DNA of 50,587 bases, from NCBI GenBank assembly GCA_018664745.1, contig JABJNS010000065.1:1-50587 (forward strand), written 5' to 3'. A model generated the notes under the pieces. The model was not told where the DNA came from and did no database searches. It saw only the letters and a program-made list of their open reading frames with translations. Both the position numbers and the translations under genes were made by a program. Source of the stretch: Flavobacteriales bacterium. GTDB lineage: Bacteria; Bacteroidota; Bacteroidia; Flavobacteriales; BACL11. Shown here piece after piece: positions 38,401 to 46,956 of the stretch. Positions within the stretch are counted from its first letter, which is position 1. The number at the start of each line of letters is the position of its first letter.

Positions 38401-39105
38401 AATAACTAAAGGAAAATTTCTGTTGTAATCACCTGGAAAATCAAACGATAGAATATTTCTTTTTAGCTTATAATTACATAAAACCTCAACCTCAACTCCA
38501 TCTATAATTTGATAAGCGTAAGGTTTGTATTCAAGTGTGCTATTTACGGATGTTTTTACAAGTAAATTTCCATTATCAATAGTAAGGTTACTTGCTCCAT
38601 CATAGCGCAATTTAATTGCTTTTTCATTGCTATTTTTAGCAAGGTGCAACTCATATTTAAACTTATCCTCATTCACATAAAAATGCAAATCAATGCCGTC
38701 ATAAATATTTTGTTGAACTTGCTTCTTATAGGACTTAACCTCTGAAACCCAAGTAGACTTTTCACCCAAATAATAGTTCTCAAAAAATTTACTTTCACCT
38801 TCAAGTTTAGTTATAATCCTTGTATTTGCATTCAAAAATGAAACAGAATAGGCGTGTGAATTTACAATATTACTAGTAACAAATCCATCATGGATATTTG
38901 CTAATTGTTTGCCATCATAAAAAGCATATATGAGTTTTGCCTGCTCAATGAACAAGACTCCAGAAGGAAGATTGGTTTTAGAAAGGACAGTTTTTGGAAA
39001 TTGTCCTTTATTTTCAATAAAAGGATTTTGTGCGCTAGCCAAAAAAAAGAACATAACAAAGAGGGTACTAAATAACTGCTTTAATATGCTTTCTTTAGGT
39101 GTCAT
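35413..39105 (-). CDS. giant cell-surface protein: SBBP-type beta-propeller repeats, a PKD domain, Cys-containing Ig-like modules and a T9SS type B C-terminal domain
   Basis: 1230 aa with an N-terminal FIENKGQF and repeated ..DFPTT/DFPIT..AYQ units. The PKD string is WDFGDATTSTLEHPTHNYNQAGNYTVTLIA. The C-terminus reads VPTAFSPNEDEVNDTYYIE..LEIFNRLGQKVF..WDGTYLGK..GNITLIR. Confidence 0.88.
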   Translation of the reverse strand: MTPKESILKQLFSTLFVMFFFLASAQNPFIENKGQFPKTVLSKTNLPSGVLFIEQAKLIYAFYDGKQLANIHDGFVTSNIVNSHAYSVSFLNANTRIITKLEGESKFFENYYLGEKSTWVSEVKSYKKQVQQNIYDGIDLHFYVNEDKFKYELHLAKNSNEKAIKLRYDGASNLTIDNGNLLVKTSVNSTLEYKPYAYQIIDGVEVEVLCNYKLKRNILSFDFPGDYNRNFPLVIDPILEFSTYSGSTTDNFGYTATYDNFGFLYSGSTSFGVGYPTTIGAYQLNYANAAGGTDVAITKYDTSGTIRIYSTYLGGTKDELPHSMIVNSADELFIFGTTGSADFPTTLSAYQTTFKGGPFFAPSGIGVGFPNGSDIFVSRLSTNGGNLLASTFVGGTDNDGLNTASRLKFNYADEVRGEIDIDKNNNIYIATCTQSSDFPITTGFQNTNNGGQEGCIVKMDNQLTSIIWSSYLGGSADDGIYSLALDKNDNIYITGGTTSADFPITANAYQTVHQDSVRADAFISLINSEGTQLLSSSYYGSEQYDQSYFVEVGSTNAVYLFGQTKATGQTLVQNVGYSQAGAGQFVAVFNDNLSSVLRSTVVGTGKGTPDISPTAFLVDVCDKIYLSGWGSGTAGGPLSTLNLPVSSSAFQTATDGNDFYLMVLDDALSGMQYATYFGGSQSAEHVDGGTSRFDKKGIIYQSVCAGCGGNSDFPIEPNPGAVSPTNNSPNCNNGVFKFNFDFPMVIADFNADWVGCDTNVSFQNLSSSNSPITYQWDFGDATTSTLEHPTHNYNQAGNYTVTLIATAPGACNVSDTITKQVYILANSSDTIASIVKCEEDQIQIGLLPVNDPTITYFWFPSTNLSSANVSNPFCNSPSSISYQLLISNGSCTDTLLQQIVVPDFLLDAGEDTSYCNIPIKLFANYSGASNVLWSSNASFTDTLSLTDSLIVASVAMFYVKVSDSICEQVDSVEVQMESININLIGDLELCKGDSVFLKVNNLNPSVPLISYSWNPADVIYATDSASIFDYTDTSDWYSVEVVNTDGCIMKDSVFVNIYDNPILDAVWLDEDTIFRGETTYLNIETANNFTWLTLSSTANRIEISPIQEECYVAEVYNIHNCTIRDSICIEVLDVFCNEDSIVVPTAFSPNEDEVNDTYYIEDIAGIITDFRLEIFNRLGQKVFTTTDKFEKWDGTYLGKKLNPQVFDFYLELKCIGNKQLFKKGNITLIR

Positions 39106-39112
39106 TACATTT

Positions 39113-40330
39113 TTAATTCATCAGAATTTGCATTAAACTATCTTTTGCTAACATGTAAGTATCTCTATTTTCTTTTTTGATAGGATCTCCAGGTGGTAAT
39201 TTTTGTTTGAAAGGATCAACCTGTTTTCCATCTTTCCAAAAACGATAACAAACATGAGGGCCAGTTGCTAAACCAGTACTACCTACATAACCAATAATAT
39301 CACCTTGCTTTACATATACACCTTTTCTTATTCCAGGTTTTATTTTTGACATATGTAAATACTGTGTTGTGTAGGTTCCATTATGTCTTACTTTTACATA
39401 GTTTCCATTGTTCTTGGTGTAAGTTGCTGCAATAATTGTTCCGTTTGCAGTAGACCAAATAGGTGTTCCTCTTTCTGCAGCATAATCTGTACCAAAATGC
39501 CCTTTCCACCTACCTGTTACAGGGTGCTTTCTTCTTTTACTATAGCGAGATGAAATACGCTTATAATCAACTGGAGCCATTAAGAAAGCCTTCCTTAAAG
39601 TTTTTCCTTCCTCATCATAATAATCTCCAAAATTCTCATTTTCTTTGTAATAAAATGAATAGAAATCTTGTCCTTTATGCGTAAATTCTGCTGCTAATAT
39701 TCTACCAATACCAATATAATTTCCATCAATGTACTTATCTTCATAATACACTCTAAAACCATCTCCTTTTTGGATTTTAAAAAAGTCAATCGTCCAAGCA
39801 TAAATAGTTGAAAGCTCAGCTGTTAATTTTGGACTTAGCTTTTGCTCTTCCATAGTCATCCATAAAGATGATTTTATTGTTCCTGAAGCTGTTTTTAACT
39901 TTACTGTTACTGGTTTTTTTCCTTTATAAACATCAATTTCACTTCTTAAATCAAATACAACATAGTTGGTTGCATCAATTTCATAGATAAAATATTGTGC
40001 CTTTTCAGTAGAATCAGTAGCACAAATAACGGTATAATTTTTCCCAGCATTTACTCGTCTCACATCAAAAATACCTTTTGATTTCTGAACAATTTTATTT
40101 AACTCAGGGTGGTCAATATGATTCAAATAAAGGATCTCCCCCATAGTTTGTCCACTTTTTACAACCCCTTTTGTTACCTGAAATGAGTCTACTAGGATGT
40201 CATACTCATAAGAAGGCTCAACTATTTCTTCAACCTGCTCAACTACTACTTCCTTTTTTTCTGTGTTTATGTTAGATAACATAAATAGTAATGCAGTACC
40301 CATTACTAGTATTCCAAACCATTTTTTCAT
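39113..40330 (-). CDS. M23-family peptidoglycan metalloendopeptidase
   Basis: The motifs HFGTDYAA (HxxxD) and QYLHMS are present, and GPHVCYRFW stands in place of the usual HxH. It has an N-terminal signal/anchor and ends 7 nt upstream of the adhesin gene. Confidence 0.85.
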   Translation of the reverse strand: MKKWFGILVMGTALLFMLSNINTEKKEVVVEQVEEIVEPSYEYDILVDSFQVTKGVVKSGQTMGEILYLNHIDHPELNKIVQKSKGIFDVRRVNAGKNYTVICATDSTEKAQYFIYEIDATNYVVFDLRSEIDVYKGKKPVTVKLKTASGTIKSSLWMTMEEQKLSPKLTAELSTIYAWTIDFFKIQKGDGFRVYYEDKYIDGNYIGIGRILAAEFTHKGQDFYSFYYKENENFGDYYDEEGKTLRKAFLMAPVDYKRISSRYSKRRKHPVTGRWKGHFGTDYAAERGTPIWSTANGTIIAATYTKNNGNYVKVRHNGTYTTQYLHMSKIKPGIRKGVYVKQGDIIGYVGSTGLATGPHVCYRFWKDGKQVDPFKQKLPPGDPIKKENRDTYMLAKDSLMQILMN

Positions 40331-40369
40331 ACCGCTAATTTACTCCTTTAAATTATTCTGTAATGTTAA

Positions 40370-41125
40370 TTATTCTTCAATTATTGACAATGGATATTTC
40401 AATTCTTTATAGACATCTAACACTGCCTTTATTATTCCTGCCCAAATCTTTGTTTCCACCTTTATAAGTAGATGATTTTTATCATCTGTAATCCAAATTT
40501 TCATTTCCTCTCCATCTTCAAAAACCCTTCCTTCTTGCATTTTGGGCTGAAAAACCATGCAATTTATCTTTCCAAATTTTGTATCTAAAACTTCATTTTG
40601 CAAATATTTTATTTCCAAATAATAATTTTCATCATCCATAAAAATAGGAATATAAAAAGACTCTCCATCAAATATACTTTCCTTTTTAAAAGTTCGTGCG
40701 TAAAACAATGCCGACAACATATCTTGAGCATTAGCTGGAATGACAAATATGCTATCTTGAGTTGTTACATTACTATCCTTGTGGCTAAAGCTATATTGCT
40801 GATTAATTAAATGTCCTCCTTCATTTACATCTCTATTAAACTCAAGAGGAAGTAGGGTAGAGGTGTCAATAAAAGTTTCATAAATATCACGAACCTTAAA
40901 AAACCAATCAAAAAAAGGAGCTGTTTTTCCTTTACCAACAATATAAAAACTTGGCTTTTGATTTATTGTTTTGATTTCTGCAATTTCTAAATCAGCATAG
41001 CCCACCCAAATTGGACCAAAAGAAACTTTATAAGCTGCATATTCGCCAACCTTGTACGGTAAATTAGTTTGTGAAAAAACAGAGCTTGTAAAAAAAAGAA
41101 AAACTATGAATAAGGATAATCTCAT
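40370..41125 (-). CDS. secreted protein of unknown function (possibly DUF3108 family)
   Basis: 251 aa with signal peptide MRLSLFIVFLFFTSSVFSQ and a beta-rich composition. The family name is from memory and is unverified. Confidence 0.45.
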   Translation of the reverse strand: MRLSLFIVFLFFTSSVFSQTNLPYKVGEYAAYKVSFGPIWVGYADLEIAEIKTINQKPSFYIVGKGKTAPFFDWFFKVRDIYETFIDTSTLLPLEFNRDVNEGGHLINQQYSFSHKDSNVTTQDSIFVIPANAQDMLSALFYARTFKKESIFDGESFYIPIFMDDENYYLEIKYLQNEVLDTKFGKINCMVFQPKMQEGRVFEDGEEMKIWITDDKNHLLIKVETKIWAGIIKAVLDVYKELKYPLSIIEE

Positions 41126-41129
41126 AGTA

Positions 41130-41137
41130 CAAATATA
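41130..41137 (-). promoter_or_regulatory. Bacteroidota-type -7 promoter box (TATATTTG on the - strand)
   Basis: Exact TAnnTTTG match in the 16-nt gatA/DUF3108 spacer, ending 4 nt before the ATG at 41125. Confidence 0.4.
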
Positions 41138-41141
41138 GTAA

Positions 41142-42566
41142 TTATCCCTGTTTATGAAGATATTTTGAGAAAGCTAATAAATCAGATTCTTCAAAATGAT
41201 TAGCCATAATATGTAATCCAACAGGTAAACCGTTACTATGGTTTCCTATAGGAATTGAAATTGCAGGGTTTCCAGCAAGGTTAGCTTGTACTGTAAAGAT
41301 ATCCTCCAGATACATAACGGTAGGGTCAGTATGTTTTGTTCCTATATCAAAAGGTGTGTGTGGAGTAGTAGGAGAAATTACAAAATCAAAATTCTCAAAC
41401 ATCTCATTGGTTTTATCTTGTATTAGCCTCCTTATTTTTTGTGCTTTTGTAAAGTAAGCATCATGATAGCCTGAGCTCAACACAAAAGTACCAAGCATAA
41501 TTCTTCTTTTTACCTCCTCACCAAAACCTTCAGTACGACTATTGATATATGTACTTTCCAAATCAGTAATATTTTCACTTCTATACCCATAATGCACTCC
41601 ATCAAAACGCGCTAAATTAGAAGAAGCCTCTGCAGTTGTAATTACATAATAAGTAGGTACTAAATAATCCAAATAAGGAAAAGAAATGGGCTCAACAGTA
41701 TGGCCTTCTGCTTTTAAATCCTCAATTTTAGTTTCTATTAATTGCTTTATCTCTGGATCCAGCCCTTTACTTTCCAAGCATTCTTTTATGTAGGCAATTC
41801 GCTTAGGATTATTGTCCAATTTTGCTTTGGAATATTCCTCAACTTTTCTTGTAGAGACCGTACTATCAAACTCATCAGCACCAGCAATTACCTCTAATAA
41901 TAATGCTGCATCATCAACCGTATTTGTTAAAGGTCCTATTTGGTCGAATGAAGAGGCATAAGCAATTAATCCATAACGAGAAACACGAGCGTAAGTAGGT
42001 TTAAGACCAACAACACCACAAAAAGCTGCAGGCTGCCTAATTGACCCTCCAGTATCACTACCTAAAGTTGCTAAACAAAGTCCTACTGCAACTGCAGCTG
42101 CCGAACCTCCTGAGCTACCTCCTGCTACTTTTTTATTATCTATTGGGTTTTTAACAGTACCATAAATTGTATTTTCATTAGCTGATCCCATTGCAAATTC
42201 ATCACAATTTAAACGGCCAATAATAATAGCATCTTCAGCTAATAATTTTTCAATAACTGTTGCACTAAATAAAGACTCAAACCCATCTAAAATTTTGGAA
42301 GATGCTGATACCTTATGGTTTTGATAACATAAATTATCTTTAATCCCAATCACCATTCCTGCTAATTTACCTGCAGTGCCCATTTTTAATTTATCATCTA
42401 CCGCTAATGCTTGACTCATTGCCTCATCAGTATATACCTCAACAAAAGCATTTAAGTGCTGATTTTGAGCAATAGTATTAAGGTAGGAATTGGTAATTTC
42501 TACACAGGTAGTATTGGAAAATGAAAGTGCATTTTGCACTTCATTAAAGGAACGAAAAGTTGTCAA
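41142..42566 (-). CDS. gatA: Asp-tRNA(Asn)/Glu-tRNA(Gln) amidotransferase subunit A
   Basis: 474 aa with the amidase signature GGSSGGSAAAVA and GSDTGGSIRQPAAFCG. Confidence 0.93.
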   Translation of the reverse strand: MTTFRSFNEVQNALSFSNTTCVEITNSYLNTIAQNQHLNAFVEVYTDEAMSQALAVDDKLKMGTAGKLAGMVIGIKDNLCYQNHKVSASSKILDGFESLFSATVIEKLLAEDAIIIGRLNCDEFAMGSANENTIYGTVKNPIDNKKVAGGSSGGSAAAVAVGLCLATLGSDTGGSIRQPAAFCGVVGLKPTYARVSRYGLIAYASSFDQIGPLTNTVDDAALLLEVIAGADEFDSTVSTRKVEEYSKAKLDNNPKRIAYIKECLESKGLDPEIKQLIETKIEDLKAEGHTVEPISFPYLDYLVPTYYVITTAEASSNLARFDGVHYGYRSENITDLESTYINSRTEGFGEEVKRRIMLGTFVLSSGYHDAYFTKAQKIRRLIQDKTNEMFENFDFVISPTTPHTPFDIGTKHTDPTVMYLEDIFTVQANLAGNPAISIPIGNHSNGLPVGLHIMANHFEESDLLAFSKYLHKQG

Positions 42567-42578
42567 TGCTTAAAGGTA

Positions 42579-42758
42579 TTAATCTTCTTTATTATCTTCT
42601 TTCAAGTCTTTAGTTGCATCCTTGAATTCTTTCATTCCTTTTCCTAGTCCCTTCATTAATTCTGGAATTTTTTTACCTCCAAACATTAATAAAAAAACCA
42701 AAACAATAAGTACAATTTGCCATGGGCCAATCATTCCTAATAATATTGCTGATGTCAT
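42579..42758 (-). CDS. tatA: twin-arginine translocase subunit TatA/E
   Basis: From the ATG at 42758 the product is 59 aa: one TM ([17 protein letters not shown]), the amphipathic helix [18 protein letters not shown] and an acidic tail. The upstream extension to 42863 overlaps the neighbouring gene and contains the promoter box. Confidence 0.88.
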   Translation of the reverse strand: MTSAILLGMIGPWQIVLIVLVFLLMFGGKKIPELMKGLGKGMKEFKDATKDLKEDNKED

Positions 42759-42782
42759 AATTTTAAATGTTAAATGAATATG

Positions 42783-42790
42783 CAAATTTA
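42783..42790 (-). promoter_or_regulatory. Bacteroidota-type -7 promoter box (TAAATTTG on the - strand) for tatA-gatA
   Basis: Exact TAnnTTTG match 24 nt upstream of the tatA ATG at 42758. Confidence 0.5.
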
Positions 42791-42801
42791 TGCATTTTGA
42801 T

Positions 42802-44055
42802 TTAATAGGCCTTATATAACCATTTAGATGGGTCGTGTTTGTCATAACCCTTCCAAATTTCAAAATGCAATTCTGTTTTTTCTTCTATTTCTTGGGTAAA
42901 TACAACCCCTATTTTCTCCTTAGCCAATAGTTTGTCACCTACTTTTACACTTACCTCTTTAAGTCCAGAATATACACTAAAATATTCCCCATGATTCATT
43001 AAAATTGCCTTTCCTTCACCCTTAATAAAAAATATTCTACTAACTGTCCCATCAAAAACAGCTCTTACTTTCATGTTTTTATCAGTTGCAATATCAATAC
43101 CATTATTAAAAGTTTCCACACCAGCAAAAACAGCATGCTTTTGCCTACCATACCCCTGTACAATTACCCCTTTTGCCAAAGGCCAAGGTAGTTTTCCTTT
43201 ATTGTTATTAAATTCTGATGACAAAGCCATTGCCTCAGGAGTTAAAGAAAAACCTTTATTTTTCTTTTCTGCCTCCTCTCTTGCTTTGCGGATTTCTTCC
43301 TCAATTATCTTACGAATTTCATCATCTAGCACTTTAGTACGCTTTTGTTTCTCCTTCAGCTGCTTTTTAAATAACCTTTCAGATTTACTCAACTTATTTA
43401 CTAATTCTTGTTTTTCCTGTTTAGTTTCACTAATTGTATTAAGCTCGGTTTTCTTAGCTCCAATTAATTCCTTTTTTGATAAAGACTCTGAGATAAGCTG
43501 CTCTTTCTGAGCATCTAAATTGATTTTTTGGCTTTCTAATTCTTGTTGGCTTTCGGTAATCTTTACAGCTTGATTTTTTCGGAAAGAAGCATATTGTTTT
43601 AAGTAAATTATGCGCTTATATGCTTGATTAAAATCTTCTGCAGAAATAATAAAAATCAAATCATTACGATTGCCTTTCTTCTTAAAGCAAGCAAAAATCA
43701 TTTTTGCATATTCACTTTTTAACAGCTCCAAATTTTCTTGCTCATCTAAAATTGATTGCTCTGTTCTAATAATTGATTGCTCTGTTTTTTTTATCTGCTT
43801 ATTCAATAAGCTTATCTCAATATTCAAGGTCTGCAATAAGCGTTCTTTATTATTGATTTGCCTATCCAACACCTTTAAATAACTTAAAGATTTGGTTTTA
43901 TTTGCTTTTGTTTTGTTTAACAAATCAGTAGTAAAACTAATCTCCTTTTCAATACTTAACTTTTGTTTTTTAAGTTCTTCTTTAGTTTGAGAAAAGGCTG
44001 AGAAACTTAGCAAAAACCCAATGAATAAAAGGATATATTTATTTAGCTTCAACAT
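42802..44055 (-). CDS. EnvC-like murein hydrolase activator (long coiled coil plus degenerate LytM/M23 domain)
   Basis: Signal peptide [23 protein letters not shown] (start at 44055; ORF maximum 44094) and about 250 aa of heptad-rich helix. The C-terminal M23 fold has NNGID instead of HxxxD, YSGL instead of YxHL and ELHFE instead of HxHFE. Confidence 0.8.
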   Translation of the reverse strand: MLKLNKYILLFIGFLLSFSAFSQTKEELKKQKLSIEKEISFTTDLLNKTKANKTKSLSYLKVLDRQINNKERLLQTLNIEISLLNKQIKKTEQSIIRTEQSILDEQENLELLKSEYAKMIFACFKKKGNRNDLIFIISAEDFNQAYKRIIYLKQYASFRKNQAVKITESQQELESQKINLDAQKEQLISESLSKKELIGAKKTELNTISETKQEKQELVNKLSKSERLFKKQLKEKQKRTKVLDDEIRKIIEEEIRKAREEAEKKNKGFSLTPEAMALSSEFNNNKGKLPWPLAKGVIVQGYGRQKHAVFAGVETFNNGIDIATDKNMKVRAVFDGTVSRIFFIKGEGKAILMNHGEYFSVYSGLKEVSVKVGDKLLAKEKIGVVFTQEIEEKTELHFEIWKGYDKHDPSKWLYKAY

Positions 44056-44773
44056 AGGAACTTGGTATTTTAAAATGTAGTTTTTGTTTTTCATTAAAAA
44101 CTATTTTTGAGTAATTTAAAGTTGCTTCAAAATTTTCAGCTGATTTTACTTTTAGTTTAAACTCCTCTGGGAAAATAAAGTCAGCTTCATTTGTAAAGTC
44201 CGAAAACTCATAAATTAATTCATTATCTCCATCCAAAATATTTGCAGTTAATATCCTATATAAATCAGCCGACACTTTATAACTCGTCTTCTTAGCATTT
44301 AATTCAAATGCATTATCAACCAACTGAAACTTGTATGAGACTTTTAAAAAATTAGGATTTGCCGTTATCATTTCTTGCACTTGCTGAAAAGAAATATCTG
44401 TTTTTAAAAAACTTGAAATATGTGAAATTGGTTTTTTAAAATATGTTTTATTTGTCCGATTGATGTAGTAAACAGAATCAGGAGTTAGCATAGTTCTGAA
44501 TAATTCAATACCAAAAGGAGCGCTAACAGAAGCCCAAACAACACTATCCTTTCTGAATTTAATATTGATATTTAAGGTAATATCTCTCTCGTCCTTAATC
44601 AAATTTACCTTTCCTTTTAAGGCTAGCCATTCTGGAGTTTTGTTTTTGGAATTTACCCTTGCAATTAATTCTTTTGCATTTTTTGGAGCTACAGAATAAT
44701 CAATTTCTCTTAGCTTAGTTCTACAAGAGCTTAAGATAAGAATTAAAAAAAAATATGACAATAACTTATTCAT
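44039..44773 (-). CDS. lipoprotein, DUF4292-like (LolB-like fold suspected)
   Basis: Lipoprotein signal MNKLLSYFFLILILSSC. At 244 aa it sits between a TPR protein and an EnvC-like gene, as I recall for DUF4292 genes in Bacteroidota; unverified. Confidence 0.5.
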   Translation of the reverse strand: MNKLLSYFFLILILSSCRTKLREIDYSVAPKNAKELIARVNSKNKTPEWLALKGKVNLIKDERDITLNINIKFRKDSVVWASVSAPFGIELFRTMLTPDSVYYINRTNKTYFKKPISHISSFLKTDISFQQVQEMITANPNFLKVSYKFQLVDNAFELNAKKTSYKVSADLYRILTANILDGDNELIYEFSDFTNEADFIFPEEFKLKVKSAENFEATLNYSKIVFNEKQKLHFKIPSSYVEAK

Positions 44774-46508
44774 ATAGCTTCCCTTCTTCTATTTTCTGAT
44801 TCAAAAATTGGCTTGCTTCTCCAAGCTCTTTTGCCTTTTTCCATTGAGAAATAGCCTTGTCAATACTTCCAATCTTGTATAAAATATCGCCATAATGTTC
44901 CACCACAACAGCACTTTTATCACCCCCATTTTGCAGGGCTTTTTCCATCCATTCTTTTGCCTTTTCATATTCCTTAAGTTCATATAAAATCCAAGCATAA
45001 GTATCCTGATAAGTACCATTGTCTTTTTCCAAGTCATTGCACCTAAATGACATTTCTTTTGCTCTTTCTAATTTTATCCTTCTTACTGAAAGGTAGTATG
45101 CATAATTATTAAGGATTAGCACATTATTTGAATCAATCTCTAAAGCTTTTTCATAATATTCATCCGACAATTCATGCTCTTTAGTTGCATGATAAGAGTC
45201 AGCTAATGAAGAATAAAACTCTAACAATAGCATATCATTGTCTATGATGAATTCAATTCCCATTTCCAAAGTTGAAATCGCCTCAGGATAATGCTTAAAC
45301 CATTTGTTAGATACCCCATTAAAATAATAAAATAAAGGATCAGTTGGAAAATAAGTTAAAGCCTTCTCACTTGTTTTAAGCATTCCTTCAAAATCATTCT
45401 GTTCCGCTTGAATAAACAATACTTGGCTCCATACTTGGCTTTTTGTCTTATCCTTTTCTAGTACAATTAAATATTGCTTTTTAGCTTCCTCAAAACGACT
45501 ATCAGTATAAAGTATATCAGCATAAACCGCATGGGGTTTTACTTCATTTGGATGAGCTTCAATCAGTAGCTTTGCCAATGCATAAGCTTGCTCGCGCATA
45601 CTATCATTTACTGCAAGTAGTTGAAAATAAGAAACTAAAATTCGAACCTTAATATCAACTCCTAATTTTGTGCTTTTAAAAGCTAGTTTCAACTCTTCAA
45701 AAGACTTCATATTATCCCCTTGCTCACGATAATAGTCTGCTAAGGTTAAGTGAATTCTACCATTTTCGGGAGCAATGACAGCTAATTTTTTAAAGATTTC
45801 AAAAGCCTTATCTTTTTCATCATTCAGCAAATATACTTCTGATAATATTTCCAAAGCCTCAATATCATTAGGGAATGATTCAATCAACTTTAATAATTCA
45901 CTAATTGCACTTTTCTTTTTTTGCAACTCCATATACAGCTTATGCTTCTGCATGGACACCATCTTTTCAATTCCTTTATTTTCTTCTAAATCATCATAAA
46001 CAGCAATTGCTTTTAAAAAATCATTATCATAAATATAAGTATCGGCCAACATGTAATACAACTCCTCATTTCCCGGCTCATCAAGTAATAATTTTTTATA
46101 CTGTGTAGCCGCATTTTTAAAATCCTGATTACTAAAAAGGATTTCAGCATAAGCCAACCTATACCATCTGTTGTTTTCTTCAAGTTTAGTTGCTATTTTT
46201 ATCTGCTCAACAGCCAATTCTATGTTCCCTTGGCTTTTATTAATTAATGCTGATTCATAAAAAGGAACCGCCTGCTTATCGTTTAACTTTATACACTTTT
46301 GAAAGTATTTTAAGGCTTCTTCAAAGTTTTCTAAAGATTTTGCTTTTAAAGCCCCAAATAAATGAGTGTTGTACATGAAATTATCTTTATCAACCTCTTG
46401 CTCAACAACCTTTTTTTTCTTGTTTTTTCCCTCTGGATAATAGGATTTCCATTGCGCAAAAGTTTGCACACTCACTAAACATAATAAAATTATTATCCCT
46501 TTTTTCAT
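44766..46508 (-). CDS. tetratricopeptide-repeat (TPR) protein, secreted
   Basis: 580 aa with a signal peptide and many 34-aa A/Y/L-patterned repeats (for example ..AL.YF.KAL..DP.N...). Confidence 0.8.
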   Translation of the reverse strand: MKKGIIILLCLVSVQTFAQWKSYYPEGKNKKKKVVEQEVDKDNFMYNTHLFGALKAKSLENFEEALKYFQKCIKLNDKQAVPFYESALINKSQGNIELAVEQIKIATKLEENNRWYRLAYAEILFSNQDFKNAATQYKKLLLDEPGNEELYYMLADTYIYDNDFLKAIAVYDDLEENKGIEKMVSMQKHKLYMELQKKKSAISELLKLIESFPNDIEALEILSEVYLLNDEKDKAFEIFKKLAVIAPENGRIHLTLADYYREQGDNMKSFEELKLAFKSTKLGVDIKVRILVSYFQLLAVNDSMREQAYALAKLLIEAHPNEVKPHAVYADILYTDSRFEEAKKQYLIVLEKDKTKSQVWSQVLFIQAEQNDFEGMLKTSEKALTYFPTDPLFYYFNGVSNKWFKHYPEAISTLEMGIEFIIDNDMLLLEFYSSLADSYHATKEHELSDEYYEKALEIDSNNVLILNNYAYYLSVRRIKLERAKEMSFRCNDLEKDNGTYQDTYAWILYELKEYEKAKEWMEKALQNGGDKSAVVVEHYGDILYKIGSIDKAISQWKKAKELGEASQFLNQKIEEGKLYE

Positions 46509-46510
46509 AA

Positions 46511-46945
46511 TTATTTTACTCCTGTGCTACCAAATCCTCCCGCACCTCTTTCTGAATCCTCTAGTGATTCAACTTCAACCCACTTTGCTTGTTCGTGTTT
46601 TGCAATTACCATTTGCGCCACTCTTTCCCCATTTTCAATAATGAATTCTTCTGATGAGAGATTGACCAAAATTACGCCTATTTCTCCTCTATAATCAGCA
46701 TCAATAGTTCCTGGTGAATTAAGAACTGTAATTCCTTTTTTATACGCCAAACCACTTCTAGGACGCACTTGTGCTTCATACCCTTCTGGAAGTTCAATAA
46801 ACAAACCTGTTTTCACCAAAGTTCTTCCTAATGGCTTTAAAGATATTGACTCTGTTAAATTAGCTCTTAAATCCAAGCCTGCCGATTGTGAAGTTGCGTA
46901 TGCTGGAGAATCGTGCTGTGATTTATTTACAATTTTTATATTCAT
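46511..46945 (-). CDS. dut: dUTP diphosphatase
   Basis: 144 aa with [26 protein letters not shown] and a C-terminal [10 protein letters not shown]. Confidence 0.95.
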   Translation of the reverse strand: MNIKIVNKSQHDSPAYATSQSAGLDLRANLTESISLKPLGRTLVKTGLFIELPEGYEAQVRPRSGLAYKKGITVLNSPGTIDADYRGEIGVILVNLSSEEFIIENGERVAQMVIAKHEQAKWVEVESLEDSERGAGGFGSTGVK

Positions 46946-46956
46946 TTTTAATTCAA

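Noticed and set aside
43073-43510. A 145-aa ORF on the + strand inside the EnvC-like gene, and a 70-aa ORF at 43670-43882.
   Set aside because: They are antisense shadows of a coiled-coil (E/K/Q-rich) coding region, with low-complexity S/F/L composition and no start context.
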